Positions 30,366 to 38,951 of a DNA stretch of 64,000 bases are shown piece by piece. Source of the stretch: a bacterium (GTDB lineage: Bacteria; SAR324; XYD2-FULL-50-16); assembly GCA_032250835.1 (NCBI GenBank), contig JAVVEA010000004.1, positions 32,001-96,000 on the forward strand, in the 5' to 3' direction. Both the position numbers and the translations under genes were made by a program. The notes beneath the pieces are model-generated. The model had not been told where the DNA came from, did not search any database, and saw nothing but the letters and a program-made list of their open reading frames with translations. How positions within the stretch are numbered: position 1 is the first letter of the stretch; each line of letters begins with the position of its first letter.

Positions 30366-30432
30366 AAATCCGGTGACCCTATGCCTATTCCCTGAAAATC
30401 AGGTAATAAATGGGTATGCTGTCACCGGGTTT
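30366..30432 (+). repeat. Cassette-boundary site copy 3 within a ~67-nt imperfect palindrome
   Basis: AAATCCGGTGAC...CCTGAAAATCAGGTAATAAATGGGTATGCTGTCACCGGGTTT. Confidence 0.85.
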
Positions 30433-30437
30433 AGTTG

Positions 30438-30767
30438 CTACCCAAGCAGCCGTTTCCCAAGGAGTTCCTCCATGTTTCGCCGACCGTCCAAAACAGCAAC
30501 GATGTAAACCGTCTTCGCTTGGATTTGATACAAGATGCGGTAGGGGCCTTCGTGGATTTCGAGGTGGCCCTGGTGGCCGACTGCTTCAAGTTCGGGCAAC
30601 ACATGCCCCCGTGCAGGGAGTGTAGATAGGCTATTGCAGGTTGCTTGGAGCTTTTGAAGGAGTTGGGTCGCTTTACCTATGGAGTCATTGGCTCCAACCC
30701 AACGAAAGACATCTTTTAAATCTTTAATGGCCGGTTCAGTGAATTCCACCCGGTAGCTAGGATTCAC
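30438..30767 (-). CDS. RelE/ParE family toxin
   Basis: YRVEFTEPAIKDL, LSTLPARG..LPEL, PYRILY, VLDGRR; probable GTG start 30767. Confidence 0.9.
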   Translation of the reverse strand: MNPSYRVEFTEPAIKDLKDVFRWVGANDSIGKATQLLQKLQATCNSLSTLPARGHVLPELEAVGHQGHLEIHEGPYRILYQIQAKTVYIVAVLDGRRNMEELLGKRLLG

Positions 30768-31038
30768 CGAGCCCGAACTCCTCACGAATTTCAGCAAACA
30801 CCTCATCGGCAGGTCGTGTTCGCCCCTCTGCAATGGCTTTTTGGCTTTGTGCCAGCATCTTCAGCAAGGCCAAAGTTTCTTGGGTCTGCTCATAGCTGTG
30901 GATGTCTTGCAAGACGGCCTTGGCTTCGCCGTTTTGGGTGATCAGCAAGGTGCGGGGCTCCTGGCCCATATGGCGGATCAGTTCCGCCGCGTGGGCCTTG
31001 ACGTAGCTAATGGGCTTGATGTCTTCGCTGGGTTTCAT
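30757..31038 (-). CDS. Phd/YefM family antitoxin
   Basis: DIKPISYVKAHAAE, ITQNGEAKAVLQDI..YE. Confidence 0.93.
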   Translation of the reverse strand: MKPSEDIKPISYVKAHAAELIRHMGQEPRTLLITQNGEAKAVLQDIHSYEQTQETLALLKMLAQSQKAIAEGRTRPADEVFAEIREEFGLGES

Positions 31039-31060
31039 ATTCGGCTCCTGATGATGACTG

Positions 31061-31090
31061 ATTTTAGACTAGATTTAGTCCGAAGGTCAA
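31061..31090 (-). promoter_or_regulatory. Sigma70-type promoter of phd-parE with operator palindrome
   Basis: Minus strand TTGACC-18nt-TAAAAT; GACTA-GATT-TAGTC (31067-31080) in spacer. Confidence 0.65.
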
Positions 31091-31154
31091 GACCACATCA
31101 GGCAGAGCAAACGGGATGGGGACGTTAAGGAGAAGGATCATGCTCATATTCCGT

Positions 31155-31187
31155 AATCAGGTGACAGCATACCAATTTACCGTCTGA
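31155..31187 (-). repeat. Cassette-boundary site copy 4, inverted
   Basis: Reverse complement reads TCAGACGGTAAATTGGTATGCTGTCACCTGATT; extra arm CACCTGATT at 31207-31215. Confidence 0.85.
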
Positions 31188-31231
31188 GTAAAAAGTGAAA
31201 TATCTCCACCTGATTGGCAGGTGCTAAGGGC

Positions 31232-31384
31232 CTAAGGAACCGCCGCCGGAGCGACCCAAATGGCCCAGGCCAGCCCGCCGATCATCACGGCCAGCGCGGT
31301 GAAGGCTAAAAAGGCGGCGATTCGGTTGATCCGGTGGGCCCAGCGGCAGTAGAGCTGGGAAAGCCAGTCTGGGGGCCAGCTCAT
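31232..31384 (-). CDS. 50-aa membrane peptide (not in ORF track)
   Basis: ATGA overlap with pirin stop; MSWPPDWLSQLYCRWAHRINRIAAFLAFTALAVMIGGLAWAIWVAPAAVP. Confidence 0.6.
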   Translation of the reverse strand: MSWPPDWLSQLYCRWAHRINRIAAFLAFTALAVMIGGLAWAIWVAPAAVP

Positions 31385-32241
31385 GGTTCGATCCGGCCCA
31401 TCTTGCCGGACTCGTAGTCCTCGATGGCTTGCATGATTTCGCTCTTGCTGTTCATCACAAAAGGTCCGTAGCGGGCCACCGGCTCGTTCAAGGGCACCGC
31501 GCCGAGCATCAGCAATTCACAGGGTTCCTCGGCGGTCAGCGCCACCTCGTCGCCGGGGCCCATCACCAACCAATCCCCGGCCTCACCGTTCCAAAGTTCC
31601 GCCCCGAAGCGGCCCTGGCCGTGTAATATATAGAGGTATCCCGTCAACTCCGCATCCAGCGGCAAGCTCAGGTCTGCCCCGGCCTCTAACTTGACATGGG
31701 CATAAAAGATCGGGGTGGTGGTTTGTATTGGCGACTGCTGGCCCTCTAAGCTGCCGGCGATCAGCCGGGCCCAAGCATGGGGCCAAGTCAACTCGGGCAG
31801 TTGCTCTTTGGGGAATTCCTGGTAAGAAGGCTCAGACATCTTGGCGCTGGCCGGTAGGTTGACCCAGAGCTGGATGCCCTCTAAAACCCCGCCCTGCCGT
31901 TTAAATTCGGCTTCAGGCAATTCGGAATGCACCGCGCCGCTGCCCGCGTTCATCCACTGCACGTCGCCGGGGCCCAGTTTGCCGCTATGGCCTGCGCTGT
32001 CTTTATGTTCGAACTTGCCTTGCAGGAGATAGGTCACCGTCTGAAACCCCCGGTGCGGGTGCGGCGGCGCACCGAGGGCCTCACCGGGCGGCCAGTCTTT
32101 GGGCCCCATGTGGTCGAGCAACATGAAGGGATCGGCAAAGGCCAAGTCCGCCGTCGGGAAGGGGCGGCGCACCGGAAAGCCGCCACCTTCTAGGGTGGAG
32201 ACGGAACCGAAACGCTGGGCGATGTTGCGTGGGGTGGTCAT
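31381..32241 (-). CDS. Pirin family protein
   Basis: DPFMLLDH, HPHRGFQTVTY, GAVHSE, YGPFVMN. Confidence 0.96.
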   Translation of the reverse strand: MTTPRNIAQRFGSVSTLEGGGFPVRRPFPTADLAFADPFMLLDHMGPKDWPPGEALGAPPHPHRGFQTVTYLLQGKFEHKDSAGHSGKLGPGDVQWMNAGSGAVHSELPEAEFKRQGGVLEGIQLWVNLPASAKMSEPSYQEFPKEQLPELTWPHAWARLIAGSLEGQQSPIQTTTPIFYAHVKLEAGADLSLPLDAELTGYLYILHGQGRFGAELWNGEAGDWLVMGPGDEVALTAEEPCELLMLGAVPLNEPVARYGPFVMNSKSEIMQAIEDYESGKMGRIEP

Positions 32242-32394
32242 GGGGACTCTCCGGTAAGGTGATTTAGGTCAGGATACTGCAAAGCGATAAGAAACAAAAG
32301 CCAAAGAACCCAACCGATCAGGACGCGCATAGGTTGACTTGTGGTGGGCAATTCGGGCAGAATCGGGGGAAACTTGGTTTAGCCTACTTCAGGA

Positions 32395-33147
32395 GTGACG
32401 TTGCGACGTTTTGCCATCCTCATTACATTGTGCCTCTTGCCTGCCGCCGCTTGGGCGCAGCAGCAAGTCCCCATCCCCTCCTTTAACTTAGAGGTGGGAC
32501 GGGGCGGCAACCCTGATCAGGTGGCCAGCACGCTTCAGGTGATCGCCTTACTGACGGTGCTTTCGTTGGCTCCGGCTTTTTTGATCATGACCACCAGCTT
32601 CACCCGCATCATCATCGTCCTGTCCTTCCTGCGTAACGCGCTGGGTACCCAGCAAAGCCCTTCGAACCAAATCCTGCTGGGCTTGGCGCTGTTCCTGACC
32701 TTTTTTATCATGGCGCCGATCTGGAAGGATGTAAACGATCAGGCCCTACAGCCCTATTTTGCCAAGAAGATCAGCCAAGAGACGGCCATCGACTTAGGCA
32801 TACGCCCGGTCAAGCGGTTCATGGTTAAATTCACCCGAGAGAAGGATTTGGCGTTGTTCGTACGTATCGCCAAGATCCCCCGGCCCAAAAATATCAGTGA
32901 GGTCCCCATTTGGGTGGTGATCCCCGCCTTTGTGATCAGCGAACTGAAGACCGCGTTCCAGATGGGGTTTATTATCTACATCCCCTTCTTAGTGATCGAC
33001 ATGGTGGTTTCTGCGGTGTTGATGGCTATGGGTATGATGATGCTGCCGCCGATCATGATCTCTTTGCCCTTTAAGCTCATGCTCTTTGTGTTGGTGGACG
33101 GGTGGTATCTGATCACGGCCTCGCTGGTCCAAAGTTTTACCGGATAA
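32395..33147 (+). CDS. fliP: Flagellar export gate protein FliP
   Basis: LTVLSLAP, TSFTRI, PAFVISELKTAF, MGMMMLPP. Confidence 0.97.
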   Translation: MTLRRFAILITLCLLPAAAWAQQQVPIPSFNLEVGRGGNPDQVASTLQVIALLTVLSLAPAFLIMTTSFTRIIIVLSFLRNALGTQQSPSNQILLGLALFLTFFIMAPIWKDVNDQALQPYFAKKISQETAIDLGIRPVKRFMVKFTREKDLALFVRIAKIPRPKNISEVPIWVVIPAFVISELKTAFQMGFIIYIPFLVIDMVVSAVLMAMGMMMLPPIMISLPFKLMLFVLVDGWYLITASLVQSFTG

Positions 33148-33153
33148 AACGCC

Positions 33154-33429
33154 ATGACCCCAGAATTCGTTACCTCTTTCGCTGCCGAGGCGATCATGGT
33201 TACCGTCAAACTGTCGGCCCCTTTGTTGTTGGTGGCCTTGGTTCTGGGTTTGCTGGTTTCGATCTTCCAGGCGGTCACCCAGATCCAGGAGATGACCCTG
33301 GCGATCATCCCCAAAATGGTGGGCGTGGCGCTGGTGTTGATGCTTTTCTTGCCCTGGTTTTTGTCTACCGCCGCCAATTACATGACTAAAGTACTGACCG
33401 GCTTGCCCTTCTATTTGGGCCTAGGTTGA
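33154..33429 (+). CDS. fliQ: Flagellar export gate protein FliQ
   Basis: GLLVSIFQAVTQIQEMTL..IPK. Confidence 0.96.
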   Translation: MTPEFVTSFAAEAIMVTVKLSAPLLLVALVLGLLVSIFQAVTQIQEMTLAIIPKMVGVALVLMLFLPWFLSTAANYMTKVLTGLPFYLGLG

Positions 33430-33437
33430 GAGGCCTC

Positions 33438-33980
33438 ATGAAAACCCTGCTTTTGATCGGCGGATTGTTGCTCTTAGGGCTCCCCAGCGCTTGGGCTGAC
33501 GATTGGGAACTAGGCGTTACCTCGCCTATGCGGGGCATTTACCGGGACTCGAACCTGGATGCGGCGCAGATGAGCGGCGGCGGGGTTTACCTGAAGTTCC
33601 CCACCCCCTTCTTGCTGGGCGTCGATCAATTCACCGCCCGCAACGAGCCCTCGGAGGCGGTTATTGACCCGCCCCGTCTGACCCAAACCATGGTCAACCT
33701 AGGGTTCCAGATCCCCCGCAAAGAAGGCTTTGATTTGAGCTTGGGATTTGGCCTGGGCAGTGCGGCGGTTAGCTGCGACACCTGCGCCGACCAATGGGAG
33801 TCCGGCACCACCAGCCAGCTTTTTTTTAAGGCCACCGGCGGGCTCTTCGGCCTGCAATGGGGCTTTGGGGCTCACCGGTTGATGGGCCTGTTGCGGGGCA
33901 AGGATTCAGCAGGCGTCAAGGTCGCCGATTTCAGGACCGACGCCACCGTTTTCAGCCTAGGGATTGGTTACGCCTTTTAG
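33438..33980 (+). CDS. Small outer-membrane beta-barrel-like protein with CxxC
   Basis: Signal peptide, alternating strands, C-terminal GIGYAF, CDTC. Confidence 0.7.
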   Translation: MKTLLLIGGLLLLGLPSAWADDWELGVTSPMRGIYRDSNLDAAQMSGGGVYLKFPTPFLLGVDQFTARNEPSEAVIDPPRLTQTMVNLGFQIPRKEGFDLSLGFGLGSAAVSCDTCADQWESGTTSQLFFKATGGLFGLQWGFGAHRLMGLLRGKDSAGVKVADFRTDATVFSLGIGYAF

Positions 33981-34204
33981 CGGCACTGAACGCCCTTTCC
34001 CTGGCCGTCAAAGATTTGCACCATGGTGATGCCGCAGCCCGAGGTCCCGCAGAAGGCTGCGGAAGTGAACTTGTAGCCAGAAACGCAAAAGACACTGACA
34101 TGCGTGGCCGGAACGGCTCCCTTGACCAACTCTTTGACCTCTTCGGCGGCCCAAAGCGGGGTGGCAAGACTGATCAGTAACAAGGCGCTAAGTAGGTGCT
34201 TCAT
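33977..34204 (-). CDS. Small secreted Cys-containing protein (75 aa)
   Basis: RBS AGGAG, signal peptide MKHLL...LWA, four Cys. Confidence 0.7.
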   Translation of the reverse strand: MKHLLSALLLISLATPLWAAEEVKELVKGAVPATHVSVFCVSGYKFTSAAFCGTSGCGITMVQIFDGQGKGVQCR

Positions 34205-34329
34205 CTGGTGGACTCCTAATAGAAGGTTGAGGTTTTTGGTAACTTCCAACGCTTGAACCTAGTTTGGCAATCCGCAAAAACTCCTGGTCCACTCTCCCTA
34301 CCCCTTAAGATTAGGTTGGTGAACGCGTT

Positions 34330-34899
34330 ATGATCCTCTTGATCGACAACCAAGATAGCTTTACCTTCAACCTATTCCAGGCGGTCGAGGCTTTAGGGCG
34401 GGTCTGTGTGGTGTTGTCTGCCGAAGCGGTGAGTCTTAGCGCAGTGCGGCAGTTGGTGCCCTCTGGGGTGATTCTCTCGCCCGGTCCGGGCCGCCCCGAA
34501 GCGGCCTTGGGTTCCTTGTTGTTGGCCCAGGCGCTTTGGCGCGAAGTCCCCTTGTTGGGTGTTTGTTTGGGACATCAGGTCTTAGGCCAAGTCTTTGGCT
34601 GTCCTTCGGTCGCCGCCAAGCGGCTAGTATACGGCAAGGCCGAGGCCATGTTACACCAAGGCCAACGCATCTTAGCCGGCCTGCCCCAGCCTTTTTTTGC
34701 GGCCCGCTACCATAGCTTGGCTCTATCCGGCCTGCCCGAAAACTTTGATGCCTTGGCCCGGACCGAGGACGGCGAACTGATGGCTATGGCCCACCGAGAG
34801 CTACCGGTCTATGGCCTGCAATTCCACCCCGAATCTTTTATGACCCCCCAGGGGGCCAATATTTTAGGGAATTTCCTTGCTCAGTGCCCAGCCCCTTGA
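34330..34899 (+). CDS. pabA: Aminodeoxychorismate synthase glutaminase subunit
   Basis: IDNQDSFTFNL, SPGPG, GVCLGHQ, RYHSL, QFHPES; context with pabB/pabC. Confidence 0.88.
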   Translation: MILLIDNQDSFTFNLFQAVEALGRVCVVLSAEAVSLSAVRQLVPSGVILSPGPGRPEAALGSLLLAQALWREVPLLGVCLGHQVLGQVFGCPSVAAKRLVYGKAEAMLHQGQRILAGLPQPFFAARYHSLALSGLPENFDALARTEDGELMAMAHRELPVYGLQFHPESFMTPQGANILGNFLAQCPAP

Positions 34900-36121
34900 G
34901 GGTTTAACCTATGCGGCGGCCTATGCCCGTTTGGCCGAGCGGCCCGAGGCGCTCTACGCTACTGCGGGAGAGGGCTTTGGGGCACTGCTGGCCCAGGCCC
35001 CCCTGGCGGCTGCGGTGGTGGGCAATCGGAGGCAGTTGCTGGAATTTGATTGGGCCCATAGCGAATTTTTGGTTTGGGCCTGCTTGAGCTATGATTTCGG
35101 CCACGCTTTGCTGGGCTTGCCCCGCGTTGGTCGCCTTGAGGGGCCCTGGCCTTTGGGCCGGGTGGTGGCCTTTGGCGCTTGGCTGAGCTTTGATGAAGCC
35201 GGATTGGCTTGGTTAGAGGGGCCCGACGCCCCGGCCCGTGCCCAGTTGTTGCAATCCCTTGGCGGACCCCTGCCCGAACCGCGCCAACCAGCTCCCTTAG
35301 ACCTAAGTCCCCAATTGGACGCCCCGGCCCATCAAGCGGCGCTGGCTCAAATTTTTGACTGGATCCGCGCCGGGGAGTTTTATCAGGTCAACTACACCCA
35401 GACGCTCCAGGGCCAAAGCGCTGAGCGGGCCCGGCATTGGTTTTTGCCGGCTTTAGGGGAAGACCCCCCGGCCTACGCGGCGCTTTTCGAAGCACCCGAA
35501 GGGGATTTGCTCAGTCTTTCGCCCGAATTGTTGCTGGCCACCCAAGGGGCCCAGGCCCGGACCGAACCGATCAAGGGCACCAGGCCCAGGGGGAACAATG
35601 CCGCCGAAGACGCCGCCCTGCAAGCCGAGTTAGACGGCTCTGCTAAAGAAGAGGCCGAACTCTTCATGATCACCGACCTATTGCGCAACGACCTGGGCCG
35701 CATGGCCGAGATCGGCAGCGTTGAGGTAGCCCAGCGCAAGGTTTTGCGGCTCTTGCCGGGCGTGATCCACAGCCATTCGGTGGTCACCGCCCAACTCAAA
35801 CCTGCCTACCGAAGCTTAGGCGCGTTGGTGGAGCTTTTGCCCGGGGGCTCCATCTCCGGTTGCCCCAAGCGGCGGGCTTTGGAATTGATCGACCGCCTAG
35901 AGCCGCAAAACCGAGGGCTATACACCGGCAGTCTCGCCTTGCGGTGGCCCGGCGGTGACTTAAAGGCCAATTTATTGATCCGTAGCCTGCAATTTACCGC
36001 CGGTCAGGTGAGCCTAGGGGTCGGCGGCGGGATCACCATCGAGTCCAATCCCCCAGCCGAATTAGAAGAGGCCCAAAAGAAGGCCCGTTCGGTGTTGATG
36101 CGTTTCCAAAGGAATCTATGA
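34877..36121 (+). CDS. pabB: Aminodeoxychorismate synthase component I
   Basis: YQVN, SPEL, PIKGTRPR, DLLRNDLG, PGGSISGCPK. Confidence 0.85.
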   Translation: MLSAQPLEGLTYAAAYARLAERPEALYATAGEGFGALLAQAPLAAAVVGNRRQLLEFDWAHSEFLVWACLSYDFGHALLGLPRVGRLEGPWPLGRVVAFGAWLSFDEAGLAWLEGPDAPARAQLLQSLGGPLPEPRQPAPLDLSPQLDAPAHQAALAQIFDWIRAGEFYQVNYTQTLQGQSAERARHWFLPALGEDPPAYAALFEAPEGDLLSLSPELLLATQGAQARTEPIKGTRPRGNNAAEDAALQAELDGSAKEEAELFMITDLLRNDLGRMAEIGSVEVAQRKVLRLLPGVIHSHSVVTAQLKPAYRSLGALVELLPGGSISGCPKRRALELIDRLEPQNRGLYTGSLALRWPGGDLKANLLIRSLQFTAGQVSLGVGGGITIESNPPAELEEAQKKARSVLMRFQRNL

Positions 36122-36888
36122 GCGTTTTGTTTAATGGCCAATGGCTGGAAAACCCGCAAATCTCTTTGCACAGCGAGGCGGTTCTGTTTGGGCGCGGCCT
36201 TTTTGAAAGCTTTGTGAGCCTCGAAGGCGGGCGTGTCTTTAATCTAGAGGGCCATCTGGCCCGTTTTCTGCCGGGGATGGAGGCCTTGGGCGTGGGCCGG
36301 GGGGCTACCGAAACCCAAATCCGCGCTTGGCTGCGCGAGTTGTTGCAGTCTGAGGCGGGGGCGGCGCGTAGAGTCAAGTTGCTGGCGCTGCCCGAAGGGT
36401 TGTTTTTGTTTGCTGGCCCGGTGCCGGAATATAAGGCCGGGCCCTTGAAACTGGTAACCTATAAAGGCAACCGGGGCCTTTGGCGCTATAAGTCCACCGC
36501 CTACTTAGAAGCGCTGCTTGCCTTTGAGGCCGCCCAACAGGCCGGAGGTGACGAGGCCCTACTGACCAACCACCACGGGACGATTTATGAGGGCAGCCGC
36601 TCTAGCTTTTTGTGGATCAAGGACGGCAAGTTACGCTCCAAACGGCGCGGCGTCTTGCCCGGCACCACCTGTTCCTTTTTGTCCGAGGCGGCCCCCCTGC
36701 CCTTTCACTGGGAAACCTTAGAGCTAGACCAGCTACCAGAGGTCGAGGGAGCGCTGGTCGCCAGCGCTGGGCGTGGCTTGGCCGAGGTGGGGGAGGTTGA
36801 CGGGGTGGCCTTGGCCTGCAGCCCCCAAACGGCCGAGCTGATCCACTGGTTTGCTCAGCAGCGTGAAGAGCGGGCGAAAACGCCTTAG
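36118..36888 (+). CDS. pabC: Class IV aminotransferase, probable aminodeoxychorismate lyase
   Basis: GRGLFES, YKSTAYL, EGSRSS, VLPGTT; coupled to pabB. Confidence 0.75.
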   Translation: MSVLFNGQWLENPQISLHSEAVLFGRGLFESFVSLEGGRVFNLEGHLARFLPGMEALGVGRGATETQIRAWLRELLQSEAGAARRVKLLALPEGLFLFAGPVPEYKAGPLKLVTYKGNRGLWRYKSTAYLEALLAFEAAQQAGGDEALLTNHHGTIYEGSRSSFLWIKDGKLRSKRRGVLPGTTCSFLSEAAPLPFHWETLELDQLPEVEGALVASAGRGLAEVGEVDGVALACSPQTAELIHWFAQQREERAKTP

Positions 36889-36954
36889 GGGTTTCCTTGT
36901 TTTGGGGGCTCTGTTAGGCTGGGCTCATTCCTGCAAACCAACCGACCCTGTTCC

Positions 36955-38148
36955 ATGAAATACCGACGATTTGGCCAAACGGAACTGCAAATGCCGCTCT
37001 TAACCTGCGGTACCATGCGATTCCAGCACAAATGGCAAGACGTGGACCCTGCGGAGGTACCCGCTAAGGGCCAAGCGAATCTGGAGGCGGTGATGCGCCG
37101 CGCCTTGGAGCAGGGCATCAACCACTTCGAGACCGCCCGAGGCTACGGCAGTTCGGAGATGCAAATGGGGTGGGTTCTGCGCCAGCTCAACCGCCAGGAT
37201 TATATCCTGCAAACCAAGACGCCGCCCACCAAAGACCCTGACGACTTCTTGCGCCGCTTTGACCAGAGCATGGACTACCTAGGCGTGGACCAAGTGGACC
37301 TGCTGGCGATCCACGGCGTTAACGATCAGGGCGGTATCGACGACACGCTCAAAAAGGGCGGGGCGCTAGAAAAGGCCTTGTGGCTTAAAGAACAAGGCCG
37401 GGTGGCGCATATTGGCTTTTCCAGCCACGCCCCCATGCCCCAGTTGATGCCGTTGATCGAGACCAACGCCTTTAGCTTCGTCAATCTACATTGGTACTAT
37501 ATCTACCCCAGCAATTGGCCCGCCGTTGCGGCCGCCGCCGAGCGAGACATGGGGGTGTTGATCATCAGCCCCAACGACAAGGGCGGCCAGCTCTTTAAGC
37601 CCAGCGACAAGATGCGCCAGCTCTGCGCGCCCTTAAGCCCGATGGCCTTTAATGACCTCTATTGCTGGGCCCGGCCTGAGGTCGGCACCCTCTCGATTGG
37701 TGCCGCCCGACCCAGTGATTTTGACGAGCATCTGGCGGCGCTGGAGCGCCTTGAAGAAACAAACAGCCTATTGCCACCGATTTTGGCCCGCTTAGAAGCG
37801 GCGCTACTCGAAACCCACGGCCCCGATTGGGCAGTCGATTGGTGGGAAGGGATCAAACCCTACTACCAGCAGCCCGGCGAAGTGAATGTGTTAGAAATTC
37901 TGCGGATTTGGCTCTACGCCAAGGCCTTTGGGCTAGATGGATTCGGCAAGAGCCGCTATAACATGTTGGGTAAAGGCGGGCATTGGTTTCCCGGAAAAAA
38001 GGCGGAACCTAAGGCTTTGGGCCCTGTTCTGGCCCAGCTCAAGGGACACAAACTGGCCCCGGCGATTGCCCAAGCCTTGGCTGAAGCTCATGAATTATAT
38101 GACGACCACGCGGTGGCGGCCCAATCGGGGCCGCGCAACTCTAACTGA
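36955..38148 (+). CDS. Aldo/keto reductase family protein
   Basis: YRRFGQT, INHFETARGYG.SE, QTK, HIGFSSH. Confidence 0.93.
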   Translation: MKYRRFGQTELQMPLLTCGTMRFQHKWQDVDPAEVPAKGQANLEAVMRRALEQGINHFETARGYGSSEMQMGWVLRQLNRQDYILQTKTPPTKDPDDFLRRFDQSMDYLGVDQVDLLAIHGVNDQGGIDDTLKKGGALEKALWLKEQGRVAHIGFSSHAPMPQLMPLIETNAFSFVNLHWYYIYPSNWPAVAAAAERDMGVLIISPNDKGGQLFKPSDKMRQLCAPLSPMAFNDLYCWARPEVGTLSIGAARPSDFDEHLAALERLEETNSLLPPILARLEAALLETHGPDWAVDWWEGIKPYYQQPGEVNVLEILRIWLYAKAFGLDGFGKSRYNMLGKGGHWFPGKKAEPKALGPVLAQLKGHKLAPAIAQALAEAHELYDDHAVAAQSGPRNSN

Positions 38149-38154
38149 GGCACA

Positions 38155-38931
38155 ATGAAAGCTATTGCCAGTTGGCTGGCGTTGTTTGGCCTGTTGGCCT
38201 GGCCCGCTCTGGGCTATGATCTACAGACCCAAGGGCTCTTTAAATCCAACTATGCCCTGCCCATGGCCTATGAAGCCGATAGCCCCGAAGGCCGCACCGA
38301 CCAAGAAGCCAAGTACCGGATCAGTTTGTACCAACGGGTTTACGCCTGGGGCCCTAACGCCATTTACTTTGCCTATACCCAGACCAGTTGGTGGCAACTC
38401 TACGACCAAGAGAATTCGCGGCCCTTTAGAGAAACCAACTACAACCCAGAGTTTTTCTTGGCCTTGCCGCCACTGGACGTCTGGGGCGAGCCTTGGCTGC
38501 ATCTGGGCTACGAACACGAATCCAACGGCGGGCGGGAGCCCTGGTCGCGTAGTTGGGACCGGATTTATGCTCGCTACGGCCTGGACTGGGAAGGCTTGCG
38601 GCTGCGGCACAAGGTTTTTTTCCGGCTGCCCGAAAAAGCCAAGGAATATCCCTCAGACCCTAAGGGGGACGAAAATCCCGACATCGTTGAATATTATGGG
38701 ATCAACGAGGTGGAAGTGATCTTGCCCTTGGGGGATTTGGAAATCTATAACAAGATCCGCTACAACGCCGCCGAGGGCCGCGGCAGCAACGAAAGCAACT
38801 TAACCTACCCTTCGGGATTACCCGGAATATTCCTAATGTTGCAATACTTTCAAGGCTATGGTGAAAGTCTGATCGACTACAACCGACAGGTTACCAAATG
38901 GTCGGTCGGATTTTCTTTAAATCGTTCTTGA
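38155..38931 (+). CDS. pldA: Outer membrane phospholipase A
   Basis: YTQTSWWQ, PFRETNYNPE, HESNG, SRSWDR, GYGESLIDYN. Confidence 0.93.
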   Translation: MKAIASWLALFGLLAWPALGYDLQTQGLFKSNYALPMAYEADSPEGRTDQEAKYRISLYQRVYAWGPNAIYFAYTQTSWWQLYDQENSRPFRETNYNPEFFLALPPLDVWGEPWLHLGYEHESNGGREPWSRSWDRIYARYGLDWEGLRLRHKVFFRLPEKAKEYPSDPKGDENPDIVEYYGINEVEVILPLGDLEIYNKIRYNAAEGRGSNESNLTYPSGLPGIFLMLQYFQGYGESLIDYNRQVTKWSVGFSLNRS

Positions 38932-38951
38932 ATATTCAAATAAACTAATCT

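Noticed and set aside
28938-31215. TA boundary repeats as integron attC sites, dif sites or CRISPR repeats
   Set aside because: No RYYYAAC/GTTRRRY boxes or intI, no XerC/XerD arms, and 640-810 bp gene-containing intervals are not spacers; no cas genes.
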